A DNA stretch of 63,996 nucleotides, the filler included, from Chiloscyllium plagiosum (taxonomy: Eukaryota): NCBI RefSeq assembly GCF_004010195.1. It is 5 parts of one record of this genome, joined end to end, with 100 filler letters (N's around TTAATTAATTAA, not from the genome) between each part and the next. Parts side by side here need not be neighbours in the genome. Positions count along the whole stretch, not along the records: positions 61,560 to 63,996 come from NC_057714.1; 4 more parts are not named here. One strand, given 5' to 3'. This document shows, piece by piece, positions 62,401 through 63,996 of this stretch. The notes under the pieces are model-generated. The model saw nothing but the letters and a program-made list of their open reading frames with translations, was not told the DNA's origin and made no database searches. Positions within the stretch are counted from its first letter, which is position 1. Every line of letters begins with the position of its first letter. A program made the position numbers and the translations under genes.

Positions 62401-63030
62401 GTCAGATTGATAATTAAAATGCCGAAGTACCATTCTATGAAGAGCAGGATTTCTTGCAATGCCCTCGCCAGCATTCCTCCTGCAGCCAACACTGAACAAC
62501 ACAGACTTTTAGACAGAAAATTCATTAAGGGTTTGTGGACCTCACTGGCTGCGCCAGCATTTATTGACCATCCTTAGATGCTCTTCAAAAAAATAATGAT
62601 GAGTTGCCATCTTGAACTGATGCAGTCCCTTTGATATAGACACTCCCACAATGTCATTAGAGAGAGAGTTCCAGGATTTTCATCTAGTGCCATTGAAAGA
62701 ACAGCTTTCTATACATGTTTTGGAAAGGAACTTGCAGGCAGTGGTGTTCCCATGTCACTGCTACCCATGTTCTTCTAGATGGTAATGGTCATGAGTTTTG
62801 AAGGTGCTGTCTAAGGAGCCATGGTGAATTTCTGCAGTGCACCTTATAGATCATGTACAGTGCTGCGACAATGTGTCAGTGATGAAGGGAGTGGATGTTG
62901 TGCCAATCAAGTGAGCTACTTTGTCTTGGATGGTGTCAAGGATTTTAAGTTTTCACAGAGCTGCACTGATCCCTAAAAAGTGGGGAGTATGTGGGAGATG
63001 GTGGTAGTGGTGTAGACTCTTAACTGCTCT

Positions 63031-63996
63031 TATAGAACATAGAACATTACAGCGCAGTACAGGCCCTTCGGCCTCAATGTTGTGCCAACCTGTCATATCA
63101 ATCTGAAGCCCATCTAACCTACATTATTCCATGTACGTCCATATGCTTGTCCAATGACGACTTAAATGTACTTAAAGTTGGCGAATCTACTACCGTTGCA
63201 GGCAAAACATTCCATATCCTTACTACTCTCTGAGTAAAGAAACTACCTCTGACATCTGTCCTATATCTATCACCCCTCAATTTAAAGCTATGCCCCCTCA
63301 TGCTCGCTGACACCATACTTGGAAAAAGCTCTCCCTATCCACCCTATCTAATCCTCTGATTTTCTTATATGTCTCTATTAAGTCACCTCTCAACCTTCTT
63401 CTCTCTAATGAAAACGGCTTCAAGTTCCTCAGCCTTTCCTCGTAAGACCGTCCCTCCATACCAGGCAACATCCTAGTAAATCTCCTCTGCAACTTTTGCA
63501 AAGCTTCCACATCCTTCTTAAAATGTGGTGACCAAAACTGTACACAATACTCAATTACGGCTGCACCAGAGTTGTACAGCTGCAGCATAACCTCATGGTT
63601 CCAGAACTCGATCCCTCTATTAATAAAAGCTAAAACACTGTATGCCTTCTTAACAACCCTGTCAACCTGGGTGGCAACTTTCAAGGATCTGTGTACATGG
63701 ACACTGAGATCTTTCTGCTCATCTACACTACCAAGAATCTTACCATTACCCCAGTACTTTGCATTCTGGTTACTTCGACCAAAGTGGATCACCTACCACT
63801 TGTCCGCATTAAACTCCATTTGCTACCTCTCAGCCCAGCTCTGCAGCTTATCTATGTCTTTCTGTAACCTACAACATCCTCCGTCACTATCCACAACTCC
63901 ACCGACCTTAGTGTCATCTGCAAATTTACTAACCCACCCTTCTACGCCCTCATCCAGGTCATTTATAAAAATGACGAACAGCATTGGACCCAACAC
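63031..63996 (-). mobile_element. CR1 3' fragment, runs off the window
   Basis: KFADDTK, HVHRSLKVATQVDRVVKKAY, EYCVQFWSP, RGHSFKL and a (tagaaca)n tail. Confidence 0.93.

Noticed and set aside
1..63996. CRISPR arrays, operons or other prokaryotic/viral systems
   Set aside because: There is no repeat-spacer periodicity or gene-dense segment. All recognisable long ORFs are retroelement-derived or the THSD7A exon.

Overview
Vertebrate genomic DNA, most likely from a shark. That attribution rests on HE1-type V-SINEs and the CR1/Penelope repertoire; the species cannot be fixed from sequence alone. The only host coding sequence I can support is one 799-bp internal exon of THSD7A (28202-29000, + strand, equivalent to human exon 2), so most or all of the window is probably THSD7A intron. 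The rest is largely retroelement debris: many CR1 LINE pieces (one with an uninterrupted 309-aa ORF1), Penelope-like elements (PLEs), HE1 and other tRNA-derived SINEs, and Rex1/Babar, Tx1, Gypsy, Harbinger and Tc2-like remnants. The most striking hidden signal is a set of about ten minimal type I hammerhead-ribozyme motifs from four sequence families. They share CUGANGA+1 nt...GAAA, co-varying stems I and II, and a loop-less palindromic stem III. They sit in PLE 3' ends and in 77-220 bp insertions flanked by target-site duplications (TSDs). Other oddities are a 28S rRNA fragment fused to a Tx1 LINE, two ~90-100 bp near-perfect local duplications, a CpG-rich intronic segment with a phase-compatible donor site, and four synthetic N44-TTAATTAATTAA-N44 scaffold linkers. 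Repeat family names and boundaries were assigned by eye and are approximate unless a TSD is given.
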